Positions 37,501-51,954 of a stretch of 64,000 nucleotides of DNA are shown piece by piece. The position numbers and the translations under genes were made by a program. Within the stretch, counting starts at the first letter, position 1. Every line of letters begins with the position of its first letter. This DNA comes from Heterodontus francisci (taxonomy: Eukaryota). A model generated the notes under the pieces. It ran no database searches. It was not told the origin of the DNA and saw nothing but the letters and a program-made list of their open reading frames with translations. The DNA is taken from the NCBI RefSeq assembly GCF_036365525.1, contig NC_090403.1, forward strand, positions 57,971,095 to 58,035,094. Reading direction: 5' to 3'.

Positions 37501-40500
37501 ACTGACCCCCATTCCGCAGTCATTCTACAATACTGACCCCCATTCCCCAGTCACTCCACAATACTGACCGCCATTCCCCAGTCACTCGACAATACTGACC
37601 CCCATTCCCCAGTCACTCTACAATACTGACCCCCATTCCCCAGTCACTCTACAATACTGACCACCATTCCCCAGTCATTCGACAATACTGACCCCCATTC
37701 TCCAGTCGCTCCACAATACTGACCCCCATACCCCAGTCACCACCCAATACTGACCCCCATTCCCCAGTCATTCAGCAATACTGACCCCCATTCCCCAGTC
37801 ACCACTCAATACTGACCTCCATTCCCCAGTTACCACACAATACTGACCCCCATTCCCCAGTCACTCTACAATACTGACCCCCATTCCCCAGTCATTCTAC
37901 AATACTGACCCCCATTCCCCAGTCACTCTACAATACTGACCCCCATTCCCCAGTCACTCTACAATACTAACCCCCATTCCCCAGTCACTCTACAATACTG
38001 ACCCCCATTCCTCAGTCACCATACAATACTGACCTCCATTCCCCAGTCAACACACAATACTGACACCCATTCCCCAGTCACTCTACAATACTGACCCCCA
38101 TTCCCCAGTCGCTCTACAATATTGACCCCCAATCCCCAGTCGCTCGACAATACTGACTCCCATTCTCCAGGCGCTCCACAATACTGACCCCCATACCCCA
38201 GTCATCACTCAATACTGACCCCCATTCCCCAGTCATTCTGCAATACTGACCCCCATTCCCCAGTCACTCTACAATACTGACTCCCATTCCCCAGTCACTC
38301 AACAATTCTGACCCCCAGTCACTCTACAATACTGACCCCCATTCCCCAGTCACTCTACAATACTGACCCCCATTCCCCAGTCACTCGACAATACTGACCG
38401 CCATTCCCCAGTCATTCTGCAATACTGACCCCCATTCCCCAGTCACCACACAATACTGACCTCCATTCCCCAGTTACCACACAATACTGACCCCGATTCC
38501 CCAGTCACTCTACAATACTGACCGCCATTCCCCAGTCATTCTGCAATACTGACCCCCATTCCCCAGTCACCACCCAATACTGACCTCCATTCCCCAGTCA
38601 CCACACAATACTGACCCCCATTCCCCAGTCATTCTACAATACTGACCGCCATTCCCCAGTCACTCTACAATACTGACCTCCATTCCCCAGTCGACACACA
38701 ATACTGACCCCCATTCCCCAGTCACTCTACAATACTGACCCCCATTCCTCAGTCACCACACAATACTGACCTCCATTCCCCAGTCAACACACAATACTGA
38801 CCCCCATTCCCCAGTCGCTCTACAATATTGACCCCCAATCCCCAGTCGCTCGACAATACTGACCCCCATTCTCCAGTCGCTCCACAATACTGACCCCCAT
38901 ACCCCAGTCACCACTCAATACTGACCCCCATTCCCCAGTCATTCTGCAATACTGACCCCCATTCCCCAGTCACAACACAATACTGACCTCCATTCCCCAG
39001 TCACCACCCAATACTGACCCCCATTCCCCAGTCATTCTGCAATACTGACCCCCATTCCCCAGTCACTCCACAATGCTGACCCCCATTCCCCAGTCACTCC
39101 ACAATGCTGACCCCCATTCCCCAGTCACTCTACAATACTGACCCCCATTCCCCAGTCACTCTACAATACTGACCCCCATTCCCCAGTCACTCCACAATGC
39201 TGACCACCATTCCCCAGTCACTCCACAATGCTGACCCCCATTCCCCAGTCACTCCACAATGCTGACCCCCATTCCTCAGTCACTCTACAATACTGACCCC
39301 CATTCCCCAGTCACTCTACAATACTGACCCCCATTCCCCAGTCACTCCACAATGCTGACCCCCATTCCCCAGTCACTCTACAATACTGACCCCCATTCCC
39401 CAGTCACTCTACAATACTGACCCCCATTCCCCAGTCACTCCACAATGCTGACCCCCATTCCCCAGTCACTCCACAATACTGACCCCCATTCCCCAGTCAC
39501 TCAACAATACTGACCCCCATTCCCCAGTCACTCCACAATACTGACCCCCATTCCCCAGTCACTCTACAATACTGACCCCCATTCCCCAGTCACTCTACAA
39601 TACTGACCCCCATTCCCCAGTCACTCTACAATACTGACCCCCATTCCCCAGTCACTCTACAATACTGACCCCCATTCCCCAGTCACTCCACAATACTGAC
39701 CCCCATTCCCCAGTCACTCCACAATACTGACCCCCATTCCCCAGTCACTCTACAATACTGACCCCCATTCCCCAGTCACTCTACAATACTGACTCCCATT
39801 CCCCAGTCACTCTACAATACTGACTCCCATTCCCCAGTCACTCTACAATACTGACCCCCATTCCCCAGTCACTCCACAATGCTGACCACCATTCCCCAGT
39901 CACTCTACAATACTGACCCCCATTCCCCAGTCACTCAACAATACTGACTCCCATTCCCCAGTCACTCTAGCAATACTGACCCCCATTCCCCAGTCACTCA
40001 ACAATACTGACGGCCATTCCCCGGTCACACTACAATACTGACTCCCATTCCCCAGTCACTCGACAATACTGACCACCATTCCCCAATCACTCTACAATAC
40101 TGACCCCCATTCCCCAGTCACTCCACAATGCTGACCACCATTCCCCAGTCACCACACAATACTGACTCCCATTCCCCAGTCACTCTACAATACTGACTCC
40201 CATTCCCCAGTCACTCTACAATACTGACCCCCATTCCCCAGTCACTCAACAATACTGACTCCCATTCCCCAGTCACTCTGGCAATACTGACCCCCATTCC
40301 CCAGTCACTCAACAATACTGATGCCCATTCCCCAGTCACTCTACAATACTGACTCCCATTCCCCAGTCACTCTACAATACTGACCACCATTCCCCAGTCA
40401 CCACACAATACTGACCCCCATTCCCCAGTTATTCTACAATACTGACCCCCATTCCGCAGTCATTCTACAATACTGACCCCCATTCCCCAGTCACTCCACA

Positions 40501-43500
40501 ATACTGACCGCCATTCCCCAGTCACTCGACAATACTGACCCCCATTCCCCAGTCACTCTACAATACTGACCCCCATTCCCCAGTCACTCTACAATACTGA
40601 CCCCCATTCCCCAGTCATTCGACAATACTGACCCCCATTCTCCAGTCGCTCCACAATACTGACCCCCATACCCCAGTCACCACCCAATACTGACCCCCAT
40701 TCCCCAGTCATTCAGCAATACTGACCCCCATTCCCCAGTCACCACTCAATACTGACCTCCATTCCCCAGTTACCACACAATACTGACCCCCATTCCCCAG
40801 TCACTCTACAATACTGACCCCCATTCCCCAGTCATTCTACAATACTGACCCCCATTCCCCAGTCACTCTACAATACTGACCCCCATTCCCCAGTCACTCT
40901 ACAATACTAACCCCCATTCCCCAGTCACTCTACAATACTGACCCCCATTCCTCAGTCACCATACAATACTGACCTCCATTCCCCAGTCAACACACAATAC
41001 TGACACCCATTCCCCAGTCACACTACAATACTGACCCCCATTCCCCAGTCGCTCTACAATATTGACCCCCAATCCCCAGTCGCTCGACAATACTGACTCC
41101 CATTCTCCAGTCGCTCCACAATACTGACCCCCATACCCCAGTCATCACTCAATACTGACCCCCATTCCCCAGTCATTCTGCAATACTGACCCCCATTCCC
41201 CAGTCACTCTACAATACTGACTCCCATTCCCCAGTCACTCAACAATTCTGACCCCCAGTCACTCTACAATACTGACCCCCATTCCCCAGTCACTCGACAA
41301 TACTGACCCCCATTCCCCAGTCACTCGACAATACTGACCGCCATTCCCCAGTCATTCTGCAATACTGACCCCCATTCCCCAGTCACCACACAATACTGAC
41401 CTCCATTCCCCAGTTACCACACAATACTGACCCCGATTCCCCAGTCACTCTACAATACTGACCGCCATTCCCCAGTCATTCTGCAATACTGACCCCCATT
41501 CCCCAGTCACCACCCAATACTGACCTCCATTCCCCAGTCACCACACAATACTGACCCCCATTCCCCAGTCATTCTACAATACTGACCGCCATTCCTCAGT
41601 CACTCTACAATACTGACCTCCATTCCCCAGTCGACACACAATACTGACCCCCATTCCCCAGTCACTCTACAATACTGACCCCCATTCCTCAGTCACCACA
41701 CAATACTGACCTCCATTCCCCAGTCAACACACAATACTGACCCCCATTCCCCAGTCGCTCTACAATATTGACCCCCAATCCCCAGTCGCTCGACAATACT
41801 GACCCCCATTCTCCAGTCGCTCCACAATACTGACCCCCATACCCCAGTCACCACTCAATACTGACCCCCATTCCCCAGTCATTCTGCAATACTGACCCCC
41901 ATTCCCCAGTCATTCTGCAATACTGACCCCCATTCCCCAGTCACAACACAATACTGACCTCCATTCCCCAGTCACCACCCAATACTGACCCCCATTCCCC
42001 AGTCATTCTGCAATACTGACCCCCATTCCCCAGTCACTCCACAATGCTGACCCCCATTCCCCAGTCACTCCACAATGCTGACCCCCATTCCCCAGTCACT
42101 CTACAATACTGACCCCCATTCCCCAGTCACTCTACAATACTGACCCCCATTCCCCAGTCACTCCACAATGCTGACCACCATTCCCCAGTCACTCCACAAT
42201 GCTGACCCCCATTCCCCAGTCACTCCACAATGCTGACCCCCATTCCTCAGTCACTCTACAATACTGACCCCCATTCCCCAGTCACTCTACAATACTGACC
42301 CCCATTCCCCAGTCACTCCACAATGCTGACCCCCATTCCCCAGTCACTCTACAATACTGACCCCCATTCCCCAGTCACTCTACAATACTGACCCCCATTC
42401 CCCAGTCACTCCACAATGCTGACCCCCATTCCCCAGTCACTCCACAATACTGACCCCCATTCCCCAGTCACTCAACAATACTGACCCCCATTCCCCAGTC
42501 ACTCCACAATACTGACCCCCATTCCCCAGTCACTCTACAATACTGACCCCCATTCCCCAGTCACTCTACAATACTGACCCCCATTCCCCAGTCACTCTAC
42601 AATACTGACCCCCATTCCCCAGTCACTCTACAATACTGACCCCCATTCCCCAGTCACTCCACAATACTGACCCCCATTCCCCAGTCACTCCACAATACTG
42701 ACCCCCATTCCCCAGTCACTCTACAATACTGACCCCCATTCCCCAGTCACTCTACAATACTGACTCCCATTCCCCAGTCACTCTACAATACTGACTCCCA
42801 TTCCCCAGTCACTCTACAATACTGACCCCCATTCCCCAGTCACTCCACAATGCTGACCACCATTCCCCAGTCACTCTACAATACTGACCCCCATTCCCCA
42901 GTCACTCAACAATACTGACTCCCATTCCCCAGTCACTCTAGCAATACTGACCCCCATTCCCCAGTCACTCAACAATACTGACGGCCATTCCCCAGTCACA
43001 CTACAATACTGACTCCCATTCCCCAGTCACTCGACAATACTGACCACCATTCCCCAATCACTCTACAATACTGACCCCCATTCCCCAGTCACTCCACAAT
43101 GCTGACCACCATTCCCCAGTCACCACACAATACTGACTCCCATTCCCCAGTCACTCTACAATACTGACTCCCATTCCCCAGTCACTCTACAATACTGACC
43201 CCCATTCCCCAGTCACTCAACAATACTGACTCCCATTCCCCAGTCACTCTGGCAATACTGACCCCCATTCCCCAGTCACTCAACAATACTGATGCCCATT
43301 CCCCAGTCACTCTACAATACTGACTCCCATTCCCCAGTCACTCTACAATACTGACCACCATTCCCAGTCACCACACAATACTGACCCCCATTCCCCAGTT
43401 ATTCTACAATACTGACCCCCATTCCGCAGTCATTCTACAATACTGACCCCCATTCCCCAGTCACTCCACAATACTGACCGCCATTCCCCAGTCACTCGAC

Positions 43501-46500
43501 AATACTGACCCCCATTCCCCAGTCACTCTACAATACTGACCCCCATTCCCCAGTCACTCTACAATACTGACCCCCATTCCCCAGTCATTCGACAATACTG
43601 ACCCCCATTCTCCAGTCGCTCCACAATACTGACCCCCATACCCCAGTCACCACCCAATACTGACCCCCATTCCCCAGTCATTCAGCAATACTGACCCCCA
43701 TTCCCCAGTCACCACTCAATACTGACCTCCATTCCCCAGTTACCACACAATACTGACCCCCATTCCCCAGTCACTCTACAATACTGACCCCCATTCCCCA
43801 GTCATTCTACAATACTGACCCCCATTCCCCAGTCACTCTACAATACTGACCCCCATTCCCCAGTCACTCTACAATACTAACCCCCATTCCCCAGTCACTC
43901 TACAATACTGACCCCCATTCCTCAGTCACCATACAATACTGACCTCCATTCCCCAGTCAACACACAATACTGACACCCATTCCCCAGTCACTCTACAATA
44001 CTGACCCCCATTCCCCAGTCGCTCTACAATATTGACCCCCAATCCCCAGTCGCTCGACAATACTGACTCCCATTCTCCAGTCGCTCCACAATACTGACCC
44101 CCATACCCCAGTCATCACTCAATACTGACCCCCATTCCCCAGTCATTCTGCAATACTGACCCCCATTCCCCAGTCACTCTACAATACTGACTCCCATTCC
44201 CCAGTCACTCAACAATTCTGACCCCCAGTCACTCTACAATACTGACCCCCATTCCCCAGTCACTCTACAATACTGACCCCCATTCCCCAGTCACTCGACA
44301 ATACTGACCGCCATTCCCCAGTCATTCTGCAATACTGACCCCCATTCCCCAGTCACCACACAATACTGACCTCCATTCCCCAGTTACCACACAATACTGA
44401 CCCCGATTCCCCAGTCACTCTACAATACTGACCGCCATTCCCCAGTCATTCTGCAATACTGACCCCCATTCCCCAGTCACCACCCAATACTGACCTCCAT
44501 TCCCCAGTCACCACACAATACTGACCCCCATTCCCCAGTCATTCTACAATACTGACCGCCATTCCCCAGTCACTCTACAATACTGACCTCCATTCCCCAG
44601 TCGACACACAATACTGACCCCCATTCCCCAGTCACTCTACAATACTGACCCCCATTCCTCAGTCACCACACAATACTGACCTCCATTCCCCAGTCAACAC
44701 ACAATACTGACCCCCATTCCCCAGTCGCTCTACAATATTGACCCCCAATCCCCAGTCGCTCGACAATACTGACCCCCATTCTCCAGTCGCTCCACAATAC
44801 TGACCCCCATACCCCAGTCACCACTCAATACTGACCCCCATTCCCCAGTCATTCTGCAATACTGACCCCCATTCCCCAGTCACAACACAATACTGACCTC
44901 CATTCCCCAGTCACCACCCAATACTGACCCCCATTCCCCAGTCATTCTGCAATACTGACCCCCATTCCCCAGTCACTACCCAATACTGACCTCCATTCCC
45001 CAGTCACCACACAATACTGACCCCCATTCCCCAGTCACTCTACAATACTGACCCCCATTCCCCAGTCATTCTACAATACTGACCGCCATTCCCCAGTCAC
45101 TCTACAATATTGACCCCCAATCCCCAGTCGCTCGACAATACTGACCCCCATTCTCCAGTCGCTCCACAATACTGACCCCCATTCCCCAGTCATTCTGCAA
45201 TACTGACCCCCATTCCCCAGTCACAACACAATACTGACCTCCATTCCCCAGTCACCACCCAATACTGACCCCCATTCCCCAGTCATTCTGCAATACTGAC
45301 CCCCATTCCCCAGTCACAACACAATACTGACCTCCATTCCCCAGTCACCACCCAATACTGACCCCCATTCCCCAGTCACTCAACAATTCTGACCCCCAGT
45401 CACTCAACAATTCTGACCCCCATTCCCCAGTCACTCTACAATACTGACCCGCATTCCGCAGTCACTCTACAATACTGACCCCCATTCCCCAGTCACTCGA
45501 CAATACTGACCCCCATTCCCCAGTCACTCTACAATACTGACCCCCATTCCCCAGTCACTCTACAATACTGACCCCCATTCCCCAGTCATTCTACAATACT
45601 GACCTCCATTCCCCAGTCATTCTACAATACTGACCCCCATTCCGCAGTCACTCTACAATACTGACCCCCATTCCGCAGTCATTCTACAATTCTGACCCCC
45701 ATTCCCCAGTCACTCTACAATACTGACCCCCATTCCCCAGTCACTCGACAATACTGACCCCCATTCCCCAGTCACTCTACAATACTGACCCCCATTCCCC
45801 AGTCATTCTACAATACTGACCTCCATTCCCCAGTCATTCTACAATTCTGACCCCCATTCCCCAGTCACTCTACAATACTGACCCCCATTCCCCAGTCATT
45901 CTACAATACTGACCCCCATTCCCCAGTCATTCTACAATACTGACCCCCAGTCACCACACAATACTGACCCCCATTCCCCAGTCATTCTTCAATACTGACC
46001 CCCATTCCCCAGTCATTCTACAATACTGACCCCCATTCCCCAGTCGCTCTACAATATTGACCCCCAATCCCCAGTCGCTCGACTATACTGACCCCCATTC
46101 TCCAGTCGCTCCACAATACTGACCCCCATACCCCAGTCACCACCCAATACTGACCCCCATTCCCCAGTCATTCTGCAATACTGACCCCATTCCCCAGTCG
46201 CTCTACAATATTGACCCCCAATCCCCAGTCGCTCGACAATACTGACCCCCATTCTCCAGTCGCTCCACAATACTGACCCCCATACCCCAGTCACCACTCA
46301 ATACTGACCTCCATTCCCCAGTTACCACACAATACTGACCCCCATTCCCCAGTCACTCTACAATACTGACCCCCATTCCCCAGTCACCACCCAATACTGA
46401 CCTCCATTCCCCAGTCACCACACAATACTGACCCCCATTCCCCAGTCACTCGACAATACTGACCCCCATTCCCCAGTCATTCTACAATACTGACCCCCAT

Positions 46501-49500
46501 TCCCCAGTCACTCTACAATACTGACCCCCATTCCTCAGTCACCACACAATACTGACCTCCATTCCCCAGTCAACACACAATACTGACCCCCATTCCCCAG
46601 TCGCTCTACAATATTGACCCCCAATCCCCAGTCGCTCGACAATACTGACCCCCATTCTCCAGTCGCTCCACAATACTGACCCCCATACCCCAGTCACCAC
46701 TCAATACTGACCTCCATTCCCCAGTCACCACCCAATACTGACCCCCATTCCCCAGTCATTCTGCAATACTGACCCCCATTCCCCAGTCACAACACAATAC
46801 TGACCTCCATTCCCCAGTCACCACCCAATACTGACCCCCATTCCCCAGTCATTCTGCAATACTGACCCCCATTCCCCAGTCACCACTCAATACTGACCTC
46901 CATTCCCCAGTTACCACACAATACTGACCCCCATTCCCCAGTCACTCTACAATACTGACCGCCATTCCCCAGTCATTCTGCAATACTGACCCCCATTCCC
47001 CAGTCACCACCCAATACTGACCTCCATTCCCCAGTCACCACACAATACTGACCCCCATTCCCCAGTCACTCTACAATACTGACCCCCATTCCCCAGTCAT
47101 TCTACAATACTGACCGCCATTCCCCAGTCACTCTACAATACTGACCTCCATTCCCCAGTCGACACACAATACTGACCCCCATTCCCCAGTCACTCTACAA
47201 TACTGACCCCCATTCCCCAGTCATTCTACAATACTGACCCCCATTCCCCAGTCAACACACAATACTGACCCCCATTCCCCAGTCGCTCTACAATATTGAC
47301 CCCCAATCCCCAGTCGCTCGACAATACTGACCCCCATTCTCCAGTCGCTCCACAATACTGACCCCCATACCCCAGTCACCACTCAATACTGACCCCCATT
47401 CCCCAGTCATTCTGCAATACTGATCCCCATTCCCCAGTCACAACACAATACTGACCTCCATTCCCCAGTCACTCTACAATACTGACCGCCATTCCCCAGT
47501 CATTCTGCAATACTAACCCCCATTCCCCTGTCACTCAACAATACTGACCCCCATTCCCCAGTCACTCGACAATACTGACCCCCATTCCCCAGTCACTCTA
47601 CAATACTGACCCCCATTCCCCAGTCACTCTACAATACTGACCCCCATTCCCCAGTCATTCTGCAATACTGACCCCCATTCCCCAGACACCACACAATACT
47701 GACCCTCATTCCCCAGTCACTCTACAATACTGACCCCCATTCCCCAGTCATTCTGCAATACTGACCCCCGTTCCCCAGTCACCACTCAATACTGACCCCC
47801 ATTCCCCAGTCACCAGTCAATACTGACACCCATTCCCCAGTCACTCTACAATACTGACCCCCATTCCCCAGTCATTCTGCAATACTGACCCCCGTTCCCC
47901 AGTCACCACACATACTGACCCCCACTCCCCAGTCACTCTACAATACTGACCCCCATTCCCCAGTCACTCTACAATACTGACTCCCATTCCCCAGTCACTC
48001 TACAATACTGACCCCCATTCCCCAGTCATTCTGCAATACTGTCCCCCATTCCCCAGTCATTCTGCAATACTGTCCCCCATTCCCCAGTCATTTTACAATA
48101 CTGACCCCCATTCCCCAGTCACTCGACAATACTGACTCCCATTCCCCAGTCACTCTACAATACTGACCCCCATTCCCCAGTCATTCTGCAATACTGACCC
48201 CCGTTCCCCAGTTACCACACAATACTGACCCCCATTCCCCAGTCACTCGACAATACTGACCCCCATTCCCCAGTCACTCTACAATACTGACCCCCATTCC
48301 CCAGTCATTCTGCAATACTGACCCCCATTCTCCAGAGACCACACAATACTGACCCTCATTCCCCAGTCACTCTACAATACTGACCCCCATTCCCCAGTCA
48401 TTCTGCAATACTGACCCCCATTCTCCAGAGACCACACAATACTGACCCCCATTCCCCAGTCACTCTCCAATACTTACCCCCATTCCCCAGTTACCACACA
48501 ATACTGACCCCCATTCCCCAGTCATTCTACAATACTGACCCCCATTGCCCAGTCACCACCCAATACTGACCCCCATTCCCCAGTCACTCTACAATACAGA
48601 CCCCCATTCCCCAGTCACTCTACAATACTGACCCCCAATCCCCAGTCATTCTTCAATACTGACCCCCATTCCCCAGTCATTCTACAATACTGACCCCCAT
48701 TCCCCAGTCGCTCTACAATATTGACCCCCAATCCCCAGTCGCTCGACAAAACTGACCCCCATTCTCCAGTCGCTCCACAATACTGACCCCCATACCCCAG
48801 TCACCACACAATACTGACCCCCATTCCCCAGTCATTCTGGAATACTGACCCCCATTCCCCAGTCAGCACACAATACAGACCTCCATTCCCCAGTCATCAC
48901 ACAATACTGACCCCCATTCCCCAGTCACTCTATAATACTGACCCCCATTCCCCAGTCATTCTGCAATACTGACCCCCATTCCCCAGTCACCACAGAATAC
49001 TGACCTCCATTCCCCAGTCACCACACAATACTGACCCCCATTCCCCAGTCACCACCCAATACTGACCCCCATTCCCCAGTCACTCTACAATACTGACCCC
49101 CATTCCCCAGTCATTCTACAATACTGACCCCCATTCCCCAGTCACTCTACAATACTGACCCCCATTCCCCAGTCAGCACACAATACTGACCCCCATTCCC
49201 CAGTAACCACACAATACTGACCCCCATTCCCCAGTCATTCTGCAATACTGACCCCCATTCCCCAGTCACTCTACAATACTGACCTCACGCGCCCCACCCC
49301 GGGTCACTCTACAATACTGACCCCCACTTCCTGATTATAATACTGACCCAACCCCTGGTGCCCCCACCCCAGTCACTAAATACTGACCACCCCCCCCACC
49401 CCCGCCAAATCCCTGATTATAATACTGACCCCCATTCCCCAGTCATTCTGCAATACTGACCCCCATTCCCCAGTCACTCTACAATGCTGACCTCACGCCC

Positions 49501-49530
49501 CCCACCCCGGGTCACTCTACAATAATGATA
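34550..49530. repeat. ~15-kb 31-bp satellite (CAATACTGACCCCCATTCCCCAGTCACTCTA)n, ~480 copies, filling PNMT intron 1
   Basis: Directly visible; diagnostic variant units recur at ~2.95-kb spacing. Confidence 0.98.
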
Positions 49531-49587
49531 GAACCCACAACCCTGAGTCACTGTACATTACTGAGCCTCCTCACTCTGGCCACTGAC

Positions 49588-49756
49588 CTGTTGAGAATGA
49601 GGATGCGAAGCAGCGGAGTTTCCAAGGAACAACACAGTCCTCACTGTCAAAGTTGGCTCGAGGATGTGTGTAGTTATTCTGAAGATATGCCTGCGGATTG
49701 AAGAGCTGGTACCTGTCAGTGATCTCAGCAGATCTCAACATCTTCACTCCCGACAT
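49588..49756 (-). CDS. PNMT: PNMT exon 1 (coding part)
   Basis: MSGVKMLRSAEITDRYQLFNPQAYLQNNYTHPRANFDSEDCVVPWKLRCFASSFST G|gtcagt; alternative ATG at 49741; total CDS 804 nt = 267 aa. Confidence 0.93.
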
Positions 49757-49821
49757 GTGTAACTCTGTGCTGCTGATGTAACTTTCACCAGCAACACTTT
49801 CTGTGTGAATGGTACAGGCGA

Positions 49822-51525
49822 TCACAGCAGAGTGACCGACGCAGCTGAGTCACAGCAGAGTGACCGACGCAGCTGAGAGTCACAGCAGAGTGACCAAAGC
49901 AGCTGTGAGTCACAGCAGAGTGACCGACTGCAGCTGAGAGTCACAGCAGAGAGACCGACTGCACCTGAGAGTCACAGCAGAGTGACCGACACAGCACAGA
50001 GTCACAGCAGAGTGACCGAAGCAGCTGAGAGTCACAGCAGGGTGACCGACTGCAGCTGAGAGTCACAGCAGAGTGACCGACTGCAGCTGAGAGTCACAGC
50101 AGAGTGACCGAAGCAGCTGAGAGTCACAGCAGAGTGACCGAAGCAGCTGAGAGTCACGGCAGAGTGACCGACCGCAGCTGAGAGTCACGGCAGAGTGACC
50201 GAAGAAGCTGTGAGTCACGGCAGAGTGACCGACGCAGCCCAGATTCACGGCAGAGTGACCGACTGCAGCCGAGAGTCACAGCAGAGTGACCGACTGCAGC
50301 CGAGAGTCACAGCAGAGTGATTGACTGCAGCCGGGAGTCACAGCAGAGTGACCGAATGCAGCCGAGAGTCACAGCAGAGTGACCGACTGCACCTGAGAGT
50401 CACAGCAGAGTGACCGACTGCAGCTGAGAGTCACAGCAGAGTGACCGACTGCAGCTGAGAGTCACAGCAGAGTGACCGACTGCACCTGAGAGTCACAGCA
50501 GAGTGACCGACACAGCACAGAGTCACAGCAGAGTGACCGAAGCAGCTGAGAGTCACAGCAGGGTGACCGACTGCAGCTGAGAGTCACAGCAGAGTGACCG
50601 ACTGCAGCTGAGAGTCACAGCAGAGTGACCGAAGCAGCTGAGAGTCACAGCAGAGTGACCGAAGCAGCTGAGAGTCACGGCAGAGTGACCGACCGCAGCT
50701 GAGAGTCACGGCAGAGTGACCGAAGAAGCTGTGAGTCACAGCAGAGTGACCGACGCAGCCCAGATTCACGGCAGAGTGACCGACTGCAGCCGAGAGTCAC
50801 AGCAGAGTGACCGACTGCAGCCGAGAGTCACAGCAGAGTGATCGACTGCAGCCGGGAGTCACAGCAGAGTGACCGAATGCAGCCGAGAGTCCAGCAGAGT
50901 GACCGACTGCAGCCGAGAGTCACAGCAGAGTGACCGACTGCAGCCGAGAGTCACAGCAGGGTGACCGACTGCAGCGGAGAGTCACAACAGGGTGACCTAC
51001 GCAGCTGAGAGTCACAGCAGAGTGACCGACTGCAGCTGAGAGTCACAGCAGGTTGACCTACGCAGCTGAGAGTCACAGCAGAGTGACCGACTGCAGCTGA
51101 GAGTCACAGCAGGGTGACCTACGCAGCTGAGAGTCACAGCAGAGTGACCGACTGCAGCTGGGAGTCACAGCAGGGTGGCAGACACAGCTGAGAGTCACAG
51201 CAGAGTGACCGACTGCAGCTGAGAGTCACAGCAGGGTGGCAGACACAGCTGAGAGTCACAGCAGAGTGACCGACTGCAGCCGAGAGTCACAGCAGAGTGA
51301 CCGACTGCAGCTGAGAGTCACAGCAGGGTGGCAGACACAGCTGAGAGTCACAGCAGAGTGACCGACTGCAGCCGAGAGTCACAGCAGAGTGACCGACTGC
51401 AGCTGAGAGTCACAGCAGGGTGGCAGACACAGCTGAGAGTCACAGCAGAGTGACCGACTGCAGCCGAGAGTCACAGCAGAGTGACCGACGCAGCCGAGAG
51501 TCACAGTAGAGTGACCGAGTGACAC
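49822..51525. repeat. 30/31-bp minisatellite (GAGAGTCACAGCAGAGTGACCGACTGCAGCT)n, ~55 copies
   Basis: Directly visible; internal 521-bp duplication (identical ORFs at 50063 and 50584). Confidence 0.97.
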
Positions 51526-51532
51526 AGTTGAG

Positions 51533-51548
51533 AGGGTATTTATACCCT
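51533..51548 (-). promoter_or_regulatory. Candidate PNMT TATA box (TATAAATA) inside the palindrome AGGGTAT-TT-ATACCCT
   Basis: Plus TATTTATA at 51537-51544; first TATA-like element upstream of PNMT exon 1. Confidence 0.5.
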
Positions 51549-51954
51549 GAGTTCAGATTGTAGCATTGGAGCAGATTTCTAAATGATTTCATTACTGGGT
51601 TAAGGACTTTGGTAAACAGAGTTATCAGTGATGGAAATCTTTAAAAACCTTCAGGCTGGACACAGACGAATGTAATTTTATTTTAAAAGCAGCAGAGTTG
51701 GAGCAGGTGGTCGGACAGTGATTATCTGACAGGTTAGGGAACTGCAGCAGGTGAGATATTACAGTGATAGTATAAAGAGGAGTTATTCAGCCAGAACCAG
51801 GAGATACAAACAGCGAAACAGGAGCCGCCCCTGGATCATTGGAAAATATCAATAAATAGAAACTGCTCCAGACCACCAACTGGTCAACCATTATCAGAAA
51901 GAGGAAAGATCAGTTTATTGATGGTGCCACCCATTCTGTGCCAGACTGAGCCAG

